The translations under genes and the position numbers were made by a program. This document shows, in pieces, positions 9,980-20,488 of a stretch of DNA of 28,660 nucleotides. The notes beneath the pieces were generated by a model. The model saw nothing but the letters and a program-made list of their open reading frames with translations. It searched no databases and had not been told where the DNA came from. This DNA is from Octopus sinensis (Eukaryota). Location of the stretch: NCBI RefSeq assembly GCF_006345805.1, contig NW_021833519.1, positions 1-28,660 on the forward strand. Direction: 5' to 3'. The stretch's first letter is position 1. Each line of letters starts with the position of its first letter.

Positions 9980-12727
9980 TCATCTCTTGAAACGCGGACG
10001 ACTAAAAATAATTTAAATAAACTTACGCTGGGAGTACAGGAGCATTTCTAATTTAATAAAAAACAGTTAAAACCCATTTTGATTTGTCTGACTTGGAGTC
10101 ATCGTAAATTTTTGGGAAGGAGAAATAGATAGACTATGGCAAATACGTTGGATATTATCATTGGCCTCTTTTGTGGTATTATACAGTCTCAAGACTTCCT
10201 CGTCATGGGCGACTTTTTCAGGAGGCAGTTGCAGGAGCTCTTCCTTACACATATTAATAAACACATACAATTGAAGTTTGAGAATACAATTCAGCAACCA
10301 AGTCATTTTTAGCAAAATTAAGAGCCTAAATGTATTTTAAAAAACATACTTTAGTTATAAAGCAAAGATAAATTATTTTTGGGACAATATCTAAAATTAT
10401 TTTCTCATACACTTTGGCATATGACTCAACACATTCTTTTACGTTGTTAACACCTTTTTCTAAATCATACATATTCTGAAATAAAATGAGAAATAAACTT
10501 GGTTTGCAGAATCGTTAGGTTTTACACCGATTTCAACGAGACCGAGCAACCATTCGTTGCATTCTTCAAAAGATGTGAACTGTAATTCCAGAGTTTTCAA
10601 ATCCTTGTATAAATTTCCTCTAAAAATTATTAGTCGGATAGAACTTGGAATCGGATCCAACAAGAATGATGATAAAATTGGTACTGAAATTTTCAGGTAT
10701 TTTATAACGAAGTTTGTTCCCAGATATCGATAGTTTCTTATCTTTTTCCTAAAATAAAAAAACAAAATATGAACGTCTTCGTCTTTGTATAAAATGAAAT
10801 TTTCGTTCACCAGAGTAGCAAAAAACAAATTTCCTTTACTTTTTGAAGTCAATAAATTCTTTAAAGTGACATATCCCTTTTTGCCTGAAAGCTATATAAT
10901 TTAATAAATTAAATAAAAAACCGAAACTGGATTTACAGATTTTTTATTTTTTTCACTTTAATATTAATATAAACTAAAACTTTGGAGTCCCAATAAAATC
11001 AGGATGATTTGTATTTATATAGTTTGCATGAAAATTGACTGTAAGTTCCAATTGTTGCCATGCTTCCTGATAATATGATTGAAGACCATTCATTACAAGA
11101 TCTTTAACTGAATTCTGTAAACATGGATAGTCTTTGAGCTAAATTTATTATATTAACTGAACAAAACCAAATCTATGCCACTCAAAAATGAATCGCTGAC
11201 ATGTCCGTATACTTCATCGAGACATGATTTTACAGGCGTAATGCTCTGTTCAATCTCCATCTTAACTATCATTTCAAATGCTAAATCAGGAGTATGTAGT
11301 CCAGTTCTTAAAAATAATTCATAAACATAATCACTTGACTCCATGAACGTTCTGAATAGCAACTCGAATATTTGTTAGAATATCCTTATTTCGTTCTTCC
11401 GATTGCTAAAACACGCTAAAATACAATTTAATAACCTTTCGGGATAATTGTGGAAAATGTTTAAAGAAACAACGATTTATTTTAGCACCAGTCGATAACT
11501 TTTGGGAAGATATTTGAGCAACTGTATTCGCTGATACTATATCGTGTTGTAGTAGAGATGTAAAAGCTCCGACTGATCTGATTTAATTTTAAAATTAATA
11601 AAATAAACTTCATCATTAATTTATGGGACATAACCCCTCCTCTGCTTTTTATGTCTCGCACTTGAGACTCCAATTCTGTTAGTTGTTCTGAGATTTTTTG
11701 ACTAAGTTGAGGCATCACTTTCATGATATGATCCATCAGTTGTGTATTTAGTGTTTTTTGTAAATATTTTGTCCCCATTTTGTCAGCCATATGTCTAAAA
11801 GAGTCGCTGGAATTTATTTCAACTTATATTCAGGGTGGTTTATAAAGAAACGATGTTCATTTTCTAGTGCTATTCCAATCGCTGTTTTTTGTTCAATTTC
11901 CCTTTGATTTCGGTTTATAACTCCAACATAACCTAAAATAATTTCAAGTCTAAAAAACCTCTTTTAAGTGGAAAAAGTTTATTTTCTAATATTTCACGAG
12001 CACTGGTCTCTTTATCCATCAAATCAAGCTTAGTGATGACTCCGATAGTGCGGATCCCCGAAGGATCGACTTCCTTTGCGATTTGAAGAGCGTCCGAATT
12101 TGCCAAATCCGTAGTAGCGGGACTTACAGCAAGAATCAGAGAATTTGGCTTCTCTATAAATTTGAGGACCATATTCCTTATTAATTCAACAATATCTTGA
12201 TCCTGACCTCCCACAGCAACCTTGGTAAGACCTGGCAAGTCCACCAAAGTCAAATCAATTACTGTTTTAAATCTTATTGAGAATTCTCACCATGTGGGGA
12301 ATATATTTTTAAATTTATACTGACGTCAGAAACGGATTTATTAGTTCCACATGTCCTATTTGTTTCTGCTTCAATTTCATTTCGAATTTCTTCAAAGTTA
12401 TAAAATTTTTTCGGAGTATGTATAAATTCCCCGTATTCTGCGTAAATTGAATATAATTGTGTCACCTTCTTTCGAACTATGTAATTGAAGAACTAACGGT
12501 CTCCTAGTCACAATTCCACTTCCTCGAGGTAAAAAGTCCCTAAAAATCAAATTGAGTTGAAACCTTCCCACAAAATTTTCTAATACACTGCTTTTTCCAG
12601 CGCTTTGGCAACCAACGACTACAATTTGTGGTAGGTCAAAGGAGCAGGGGATGGAAGAAGAAGCAAAGGAATCTTGGATTTTATTGATAACCGCAATTAA
12701 ATTTTCCATTCCGTTAGTTCTTGACAT
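9980..12727 (-). CDS. DNM: Classical dynamin (GTPase, middle, PH, GED, minimal PRD), 19 exons, 754 aa
   Basis: Motifs [56 protein letters not shown] domain NLYKD..LEL, GED and C-terminal PVLPARPR. GT-AG introns at 12540-12563, 12438-12465, 12262-12290, 11933-11958, 11795-11823, 11578-11608, 11406-11435, 11307-11334, 11139-11167, 10956-10980, 10892-10921, 10749-10774, 10620-10644, 10476-10498, 10326-10349, 10244-10268, 10048-10073 and 10002-10026. Total intron length 483 nt; the spliced CDS is 2265 nt, in frame with no internal stop. Confidence 0.96.
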
Positions 12728-13864
12728 TTTTATGATGATTTTTGCGAAATAAAATATTAACTGCAACAAACAACAAATAGAGCAACCTTATTAAATCAAA
12801 TTAAAAATACAATTACGCTTCTAATATTTTTATAATTTATTTAATATTTAAATATTAAATATTTGGTGATAAAATTATTTTTTTAATTAAATTGAATTTT
12901 CACTTTACTTAATTTGTTAACCAAATTGATTGGAATATAGAAATTCTCAAAATGTATGATAAAAATGTCAATTTTTAAACAATTTAATTGCCCTATCTTG
13001 ATAATTGTCAAAATATTAAAACCAATATTAATTGGAATTCTTTTGATTACATATCACAATGGTAAATCCACTAATTAATAGTTTTTTTCAGACTAGGAAT
13101 TGAGAATTTCTGAATGTAGAGGCTAGTGTTTCTACGTGTTTTGGTGCTATTCTGTGAGCAATATGTTTAATTAGATTCATTGAAAGAGATCTTTGAGCAC
13201 ATGACGTTTCATGGGAAAAAGTTTTTGCTTTCATTTTGTCAATTTTACTCATTTCCTAAGCTTGCAATATGCCCCAGATTCCGAAACAGACAATGCATGT
13301 AAGATATAAATTCCTGCACTTGTTCTGGACATTGTGTCATATAATTTTGCTTTACCGATACTTAAAATCGATTTATTGAAAATCTTTAGTTGCCTGTGTG
13401 ACAAACATGTTTATATAATTAATTTGATTAATAAAATTATTCAGGATTGATTAGTCACATGCCGGATACTAAATTTTTTACTTAGCGCTTTTTATATATC
13501 ACTACTAACAGGATTGATAAAATAAGCAATTTAAAGACGTTTTTACGAGCTTTTCAATTTTCAGAAAACTATTGGGGACGGCTAAATTTGACGTGAGTAA
13601 CAATTTGAGTATAAATAAGGCATTTATTTTCTATCTGGTCTAGTATTGAGAGATCTGGAAAATTTAGATCACTTAAAATAGTAATGTTTTTTTATTATTG
13701 TATTTATTTATTAATAAAAGGACAAGAGAAAAATCGTCATTGGCAGATAGCCAGAGTATTGTAAAGTTATTAAAAATTCACATAAAAAATAGATAGAGCT
13801 ATAATTTCAGACTTTTTAAATTGCTCTTATAGCTTCTTAAATAGAATTTGATTTAAAAGCTAAT

Positions 13865-14304
13865 TCACATTGTTAAGAAAAAAGCTTCGATTCCTTTTGA
13901 GCTTCGTCCAGAGAGCAAACATGTTCGAGAACCGTCGTATATGTGGCCAATATGCATTTTCAAAAGGTATCGGAATATGCAACATCCTAGACGAAAAACC
14001 TGCCTCCAAGGAAAAGAATATTGTATTCCATATAATTTTTTTCCTTTGGATCTGTTAAGTTCAGTATTGACGGGAAACCAATAGACCAGAGAGTCCTTTG
14101 TACTGTTACTAAAAGACGAGTTCGAAGGTTTTTACCCTACGCTTTTGACAGAGAGACTATCGGTTCGCTAACGTAAAATTTGATTCCCAGAATGGTAGCA
14201 AAAAATGGCACATTTGTATACCAAACATTAAACAAACACTGATCCGAACTAATTCGTGTTTAGTTTTTTGCATAAATTAACCCAGTAATTATTGGAAAAG
14301 ACAT
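13865..14304 (-). CDS. Candidate 3-exon orphan gene (124 aa, MSFPIITGSDQCLF...); strand uncertain
   Basis: ATG at 14304, GT-AG introns at 14249-14281 (33 nt) and 14109-14140 (32 nt), open to TGA at 13865-13867. The plus strand also has long open frames and intron-like segments. No homology recognised. Confidence 0.28.
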
Positions 14305-14685
14305 CTATTAATAGTCGCTTCCAGAGATCCCGAGCACTGTTCTCTTAAAAGTCAGGCAATGAAGCTGAAGAGAGTAAACCTGACGTATTCATATTTTAAT
14401 GAGGCACGGTTTGGATTCCAAAATTCAATTCTTATAGGTTAATTGTACGAATGAAGCTGAAGGTTAATTGTTCGAGTTTTTTTTATTTTTTAAGTGTGCT
14501 GAAATTTTTTACCATAAAAAATGATTTTAATTTCAAATTAACAGCTTAGTTCCACATTTTGATGTTAGTTCCTACCTATATTGATTAACTATTTTTTTGA
14601 AATTTCCCAAAAATAATTTTAAAGAACTAACTACAAAAATTAGTCTAAAATAGCCAAATAAATAATTTTTTAAGGAACGAAAACA

Positions 14686-15119
14686 TTATTCGCATCGATT
14701 TAAAATTTCGTATTTGGCTCGGTCTTGTTTGGTTAATTCTTTGGACGGTTTTTCAAGTTCAAAAACGAAATTTGTGCTCAAAGTCTCATCGTTTAAAAAG
14801 AATTCGAAGCGACCATAGAATTCATTGAATACAGGCACAGTCTAATGAATATCTACATTACAGTGAAATTACATTATAAAATTGTTTGAATTCTTTATAA
14901 TTGATGAATCGACGAAATTTAGGATCTTCGGGATTAACTTTCCAGAAATCGCCTTCTTCAAAATCGAAGAATAAAGAATGACATTTTCTCTTTTCTATAT
15001 CTGGCATGTAGGCAGAACTAAAAGCCACATCAGGTAGCTAGTAAGTTTTTATTATGTAAATATACAATTACTGAACAATCGTCAGAATCGCTTGAAGCAG
15101 AATACATATGATCAACCAT
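14686..15119 (-). CDS. Three-exon orphan gene, 124 aa (MVDHMYSASSDSDD...KYEILNRCE), absent from the ORF track
   Basis: Exons 15119-15066, 15037-14873 and 14841-14686. Phase-0 GT-AG introns of 28 and 31 nt match the host size class, and both change the frame correctly. All exons are open. No family recognised. Confidence 0.6.
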
Positions 15120-15379
15120 TTTAAAACGGCTGCTGGTATAATGTATTTTATTAATAAAAATAGGCTGTCCGAATTAAAATAAATTATTATAAATAAACAC
15201 TCATAATAATATATAAAAAAATCGTTAAAATTTATGATTAATTAAAATAAAAATTAATTTTATATTTATGATATTTAAATTCGTCATTACGTGGTCCCAA
15301 TCATATTTTTGGTACTCGTCTTTGACATCTTCTAGTTTGTTGTATCTTCAGGACAACTTTTGAACAAGTTCGAGCTTAC

Positions 15380-16290
15380 AAAAAACTAGTACAAACTATT
15401 CTTTTAGCATAATAAAATTTTCAATTCACTATCTAACAAGTCATACTTGTCTAACCACCTCAGTCTGTTTGAATGTTTTTCGACGTGATTCTAATTTCTA
15501 TAATCACGATCTCATTTTTCACTTTGTCATAAACGAAAATGTCTGATCTGTCTTCTATTTCAGCGGCAATTATACTTAAAGTGTCCACTTGGATTTTTGT
15601 CTTTTGTGTCGCAGCAATTGACCGAATGAGTGTGTCTTTAGACGTTTGGATATATAAATGCAGATGTATGCATCTAACACCTTCATTATGTCTTCTCATG
15701 CAGTCGCTGTTTAGGATTCTGTTAAATCGTGTTGCCAGATGATTAACAACATTTTTGGCCTTGTTACATTGATTGCATGTTGAATTTTGTTCATTTGAAA
15801 ATAAATTTCTTTCTGCAGAAAACTGTTATTTCCTTTACCTTTAGTAAGTCATTGAGAAAATTCAGGAATATCAATATTCTCATAACTGTTAGAGAAAATA
15901 GAATGGAGCGGTTTTCTTGCGATTGATTTTAAAAGACACTTTTTTATAGCTTTGATATTAACTTAAGTTGGATTCAATTTATACTTCAAAATAGAAATCT
16001 AGTGATCGTAGTCCTATATGTTCTTTTTTCTTTAAAGACCCGCAAAGTTCTATTTCGCCAATAGAAATGTCAGATTCTTTTTCCAAATTATTGATAAATT
16101 GAAACAGAATGTTCATGGTGATTAAAACTCCTTTCCAGCTTTATTAGAATAATATATTCTCTGCTCGTTAGCCAATTTCAGATGAATTTCATACTCAGAA
16201 AATACATGTCCAATTTCTAAATAGATTTTTTCAAACTCATTTTGTTCAATATTAACTAATCGAATATAAAATTTTGTTTCATTATATAAC
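15380..16290 (-). pseudogene. Degenerate 3' half of an R4/Dong-like RLE non-LTR retrotransposon
   Basis: EIHLKLANEQRIY (RT thumb), CNQC...NHLATRF..ILNSDCMRRHNEGVRCIH (CCHC knuckle), DRSDIFVYDK...IVIIEI.IT and KYDLL..EL (PD-(D/E)XK nuclease). Many stops and frameshifts. Confidence 0.75.
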
Positions 16291-17247
16291 TCTCTGTTTT
16301 CTATAATCAGAAATATTGATATCTGTTAGTTCATGATATCCGCATAGTTTTTTATTGCAGTCTTTAAACCAATCAGAGAATTCGTTCCGATGATCATCGC
16401 CGATAAATGTTTTCAGAGGTATTAAGTGTTTGGAAAGAAGCCGATATGATTCATTGTTCATACCAGGTGGTTCAATAAATCCTACTTTGGGTTGGATATC
16501 AACTTCTAACAATTTAGTAGGACGCCCAACAGTATTTATTTTCACATTTGAGGAAACAGAGACATACTATGTCACATCGACTTAGTTCCACATTTTAACT
16601 TCCTTCCTTTTTCTTTCCTTCCTTTTTAACCTGTTTATTGTTTAAATCTTCAAACAAATTTTATAAACAAAATATTAAAACAGCAGTAAATAAGAAATTA
16701 TTTTAGGCACAATGATTAGGCTTGGTTTATCACTTGGAAGTTTTCTAACTCCTCCTTTGTCATCTCTCTCGATTGACCGTGGAGGTCGACAACAAAATTG
16801 GTGTAGAAAATGTGATCATTGAGGTAATGCTCGAACCTCTCATAAACACTATTGAATACTGGAGTGATCTAATAAATATAAACGTTCAAATAAAATTACT
16901 TGAAAAAATTTTTTAAATTCAGGATGGTCAATGAAGTGGCGATAATCAGAATCATATGGATTTATAAACCATAATGACCCGTATTTAAAATTAAAGAAAA
17001 GATTAAAATCTTTTAAGTTTTCTTTATTTGTTGCATAAGCAGAAGAAGATAAAACATCCTGGATCTAAGGATCATTTATTAAAAAAATATAAACGTCATC
17101 GATCCTTCAGATCTATAATAATAATCAAACTCGGAACTATCACTGTCAGAAAAAAACATTTTAACAACATTTTTTAAAATGTATTCGATTAGGAATAATT
17201 GGCTTTCCTGATTAAAATAAATTATATTAAATATAAATATTATAATA

Positions 17248-18589
17248 TGTCACCGGCCACAACTGTTACTCCGCCAGATGTGTTACACCAACATCAAATT
17301 GTCAAGTTGGAAAAAATTAAAACATGAATCCTTTGGTAATTTCTATGAAATCAAAGAAAACTTATAAATTTTAAAAATATTGATGTTTTTGTATTCGTCA
17401 GCAGGACGCTTTCGCGGATGCAAAGATCAAGACTACTGAAATTAGCAAATAAATTTGATTTTTTGGATGGAGCTCCATATATCACTAAAGATGGACTTAA
17501 ATTAAGATTTTTTGCAGCGATGAAGCTGAACTTAAAGATAAATATATTGAAGTTTGCATAATAAATGTTTTTTCAATTGGCTGAACATAATTTGAATCAT
17601 TTTGGTCGAGACCGGTTGTTTTCAAAATTGGCGCGCTTATACCACGGAATATCACGTGCAGAGATCAATCGTGTCATAAAACGATGTATTCCTTGCCAGG
17701 TTTTAAGTTTTTTTATTAATTTTTTAGTCAAAAAAATCATTGGCTACTAAACCCCCAGTTACGCCGATCATTGCAAGGCGGAGTCGCGATCGGTATATCG
17801 CCGATTTAGTGGACCTAAGGAGATATTCAGATATTAATGATTCTTATAACTGGGTACTTTTGGCTATATAAAGATTAGATTCTTGTAATTGTCGATTCTT
17901 TTCGAAATTCGCGATAGTTGAGTTATCTTTTACCAAAAGAGCTCATGAAATGCTTCGTTATTTCAGAACATTGTTGGCAGCTGATAAAATGGCTCAGAGA
18001 AGAAAATGGAAGTATGACGAGGCTACTTTTAGTGTAGGAGAGATAGTAATCTTAAGGTATTTGGGATGTATAAACATGTAATTTAGGCAAGATAATGACG
18101 CTAACAAACGACAATATCCACTTTATGATGGATTAGAGATGGTGAAATACACAATTGTGGCAAAAGACGATTTTGTAGTAACAATACAAAGTGAGACAGG
18201 TGACATGTATGAGAAAATACATGTTTCACGCTTAATTAAATTGGGAATGATCCTTCTTTTTTGTGATTCCTTGATAGAAAACGTTTTAAACTAATAAGAG
18301 GCTTTTAAAATTTTTTTTATTAAAAAAAAAGATAATTATTTAATAAAAAAAAGATATGGATAAGCCAAAATTAAATAGATTGCTAAATAATTTAAAACTC
18401 ATATTTTACACGGTATTGGTTTTGGGAAAAAATTATGTTTCAGTCCAAATTTTTTCTATCAGAAAAGCATATTTTTGCGAACAATTAGGTTATGCTTTGT
18501 ATAAATTTTTATTTTAAAAGTTTTTATTTCTATTTATATGAATTTTTAGTGTAACATATCTGGCGGAGTAACAGTTGTGGCCTGTGACA
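17248..18589 (+). mobile_element. Ginger (Ginger2/TDD-like) DNA transposon, internally deleted, with intron-containing integrase
   Basis: 41-bp TIRs with TGT...ACA termini (17248-17288 and 18549-18589, 2 mismatches) and a 5-bp TSD TAATA. HHCC motif HNLNH...CIPC, core YIADLVD...ILVIVDSF.KF, C-terminal FSVGEIVIL. The second catalytic Asp and the Glu region are deleted. GT-AG introns at 17700-17727, 17854-17878 and 18057-18086. Confidence 0.88.
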
Positions 18590-18692
18590 TAATATAATAA
18601 AAAATAATAAAATTTATAATTAAATGTTTTCTAAAGTTTTATTACAAAAATTGTAATTATTTGAAACAATTGTAACAATAAGATAAGTTTAT

Positions 18693-18765
18693 TTTCGCAA
18701 AGGGATACCAGACATAAAGTGCTCACTCAAATTAATCCTAATATTGTCATTCAAAACAATGATAA
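18693..18765 (+). repeat. Left copy of a 73-bp direct repeat flanking the MULE
   Basis: TTTCGCAAAGGGATACC...CAATGATAA; 72/73 identical to 20416-20488. Confidence 0.95.
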
Positions 18766-18769
18766 CGTT

Positions 18770-20413
18770 GAGCGAAAACTCGTCTGTAGACGAGTTTTCG
18801 CCTAACTCGCCTAAATTTATTTGGCGACAACTCTTCTACGAAGAAAAATATTAAGGGTAAATAAAATAAAATTTTAAAACAATTACTTTTTATTCTGAAC
18901 TTTTAAAGCAAATCAAACCATCAATTAGCTTAAAATAGCAATCTACTTCAAATTCATGAAAATTTTCACATGCTATTCTCAGTTCAAGTTCCATTTTGCA
19001 GTCTGTCGCAGACACTTTAAGATACCTTCCTGACTTAATTTTTGTCATTTTCACAAAAAGTCTTTTTTCTTCCCTGGCCAAAACATTGACAAAGCTGCCA
19101 AATTTGGGTGCGCTCTATTAAAAGAACTGTTCAACAGCTTATGCCAACCTTCCAATGAATTGGTCGTCCTGGGCATTGAATTTAATACCCGATGAAAATA
19201 ACTCCAAAAACTGACATCATAAGATGGAGCAGAAATAAATTGTTTTTTAAATTAAATCAAAAAATTCATTATTTGTTGATTGTTTTCTTTTCCTGTCGCA
19301 TCAAGAGAAAATTTTTCAAATTCCAATAAAACATTTTCCACAGGGATGAAAGCTAAATGGTAGCATTTTCTCAATAATTTTCGTTCTCACGATGAAACGT
19401 CTCTGTAGGCTCTGCTCCCACAAGACCAAGACATTGTATTTTCCGCCATATGATTTGGCCGAAATAGAAATTGCAGCCAAATACATTAGACGACGAAAAA
19501 ACTGATTTTGTGGAGTTAATTAACCCCTTTTCAAAATCAATTAAAATACTTGCTGGTGAAGTAACAACAAGTGTCTTTATTTCTTCAAATAATGCACAGT
19601 AGGCATTTTCTGTTTGGTTGAGCAAAAAAGCGTGCGCAAGAGGCCAGAATTTACCTAAGTATTTTCCTTGTATTGTAATCATTTGTTCGAATTGATTAGG
19701 CTCGCTGATTTTCTCAAAATGTCAACCCAGACATCTGATTTTCTCAAAATGTCAACCTGATAATCCGAACAAAAAATGACGTAACGATTTACATCATTAA
19801 TTCCAGAACCTTGCGATAAAAAATTTCGCCCCGATCATTATAACACAAACTTTCAGGAATTTCAGGAATGGTCGAAACAAAATTTGGTATCAGTGTTTCT
19901 CTTTCCCGTTGAACGAGACGAGTCAATGAACGTTCCTTTGGCAAGATTTTAATGACGTCAACATTGGCTCCAATGAGGCTTCTTGACACCACATTCATAG
20001 TTCTGTCTTCTGACGCCTTTGCGGCATCTTTCAGGTCAGAAACTAGTTTCATGCTTTTTATCTCATGATCCTCAAAGGGGCCATGATTATGAGCATTTTT
20101 TGTGCTCAACTTGTTTTGAGCATCCACCGTGCACCTCGCCCTGCATTCTCGATTTCTGCACCTCCAATAGGTAAGACCGTCTTTTTTTCTACCTGTATTA
20201 TACAAATAGTTCCGGTGTAGTAAAAGTTTGCCACCTCTTTGGCTTTTAAGCAGTTCAAAGTCAGTCATAATAAGGATTAAAGTAAAAAAATTGTTGAAAT
20301 TTTAATTAATTAGATTTAATCTGGTAAAAATAAATTTTTTTTTTTTTTAAGTAGGCGAGTTGCCAAATAAATTTAGGCGAGTTAGGCGACAACTCGACTA
20401 TAGGCGAGTGCTC
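18770..20413 (-). mobile_element. Mutator-like (MULE) transposon with FLYWCH zinc finger; transposase pseudogene 18890-20268
   Basis: Imperfect ~70-bp TIRs starting GAGC with repeated ACTCGCCTA motifs. FLYWCH YLY...TYWRC...CRAR...HNH; MULE core ILIDFEKGL, GCNFYF, PRTTNSLEGWH. Frameshifts and deletions; no 9-bp TSD. Confidence 0.9.
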
Positions 20414-20415
20414 AC

Positions 20416-20488
20416 TTTCGCAAAGGGATACCAGACATAAAGTGCTCACTCAAATTAATCCTAACATTGTCATTCAAAACAATGATAA
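20416..20488 (+). repeat. Right copy of the 73-bp direct repeat
   Basis: Differs from 18693-18765 by one T/C substitution. Confidence 0.95.

Noticed and set aside
10067-10315. Apparent complete loss of the dynamin PRD (stop after NQNGF)
   Set aside because: Two further micro-introns lead to a PVLPARPR-containing C-terminus, so the stop lies inside an intron.
12691-12727. Unusual dynamin features at the N-terminus, including the [10 protein letters not shown]-loop variant just downstream
   Set aside because: The second P-loop position varies across the dynamin family, and the catalytic Gln, Lys, Ser and Thr are intact.
14546-16600. Shared 16-mer CTTAGTTCCACATTTT near 14546 and 16583
   Set aside because: Same orientation, no TSD and no extended homology. 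At most these are scattered ends of an unidentified repeat.
16282-17240. ORF 16282-16545 and intron-like segments at 16700-17200
   Set aside because: No recognisable motifs and no closing gene model.
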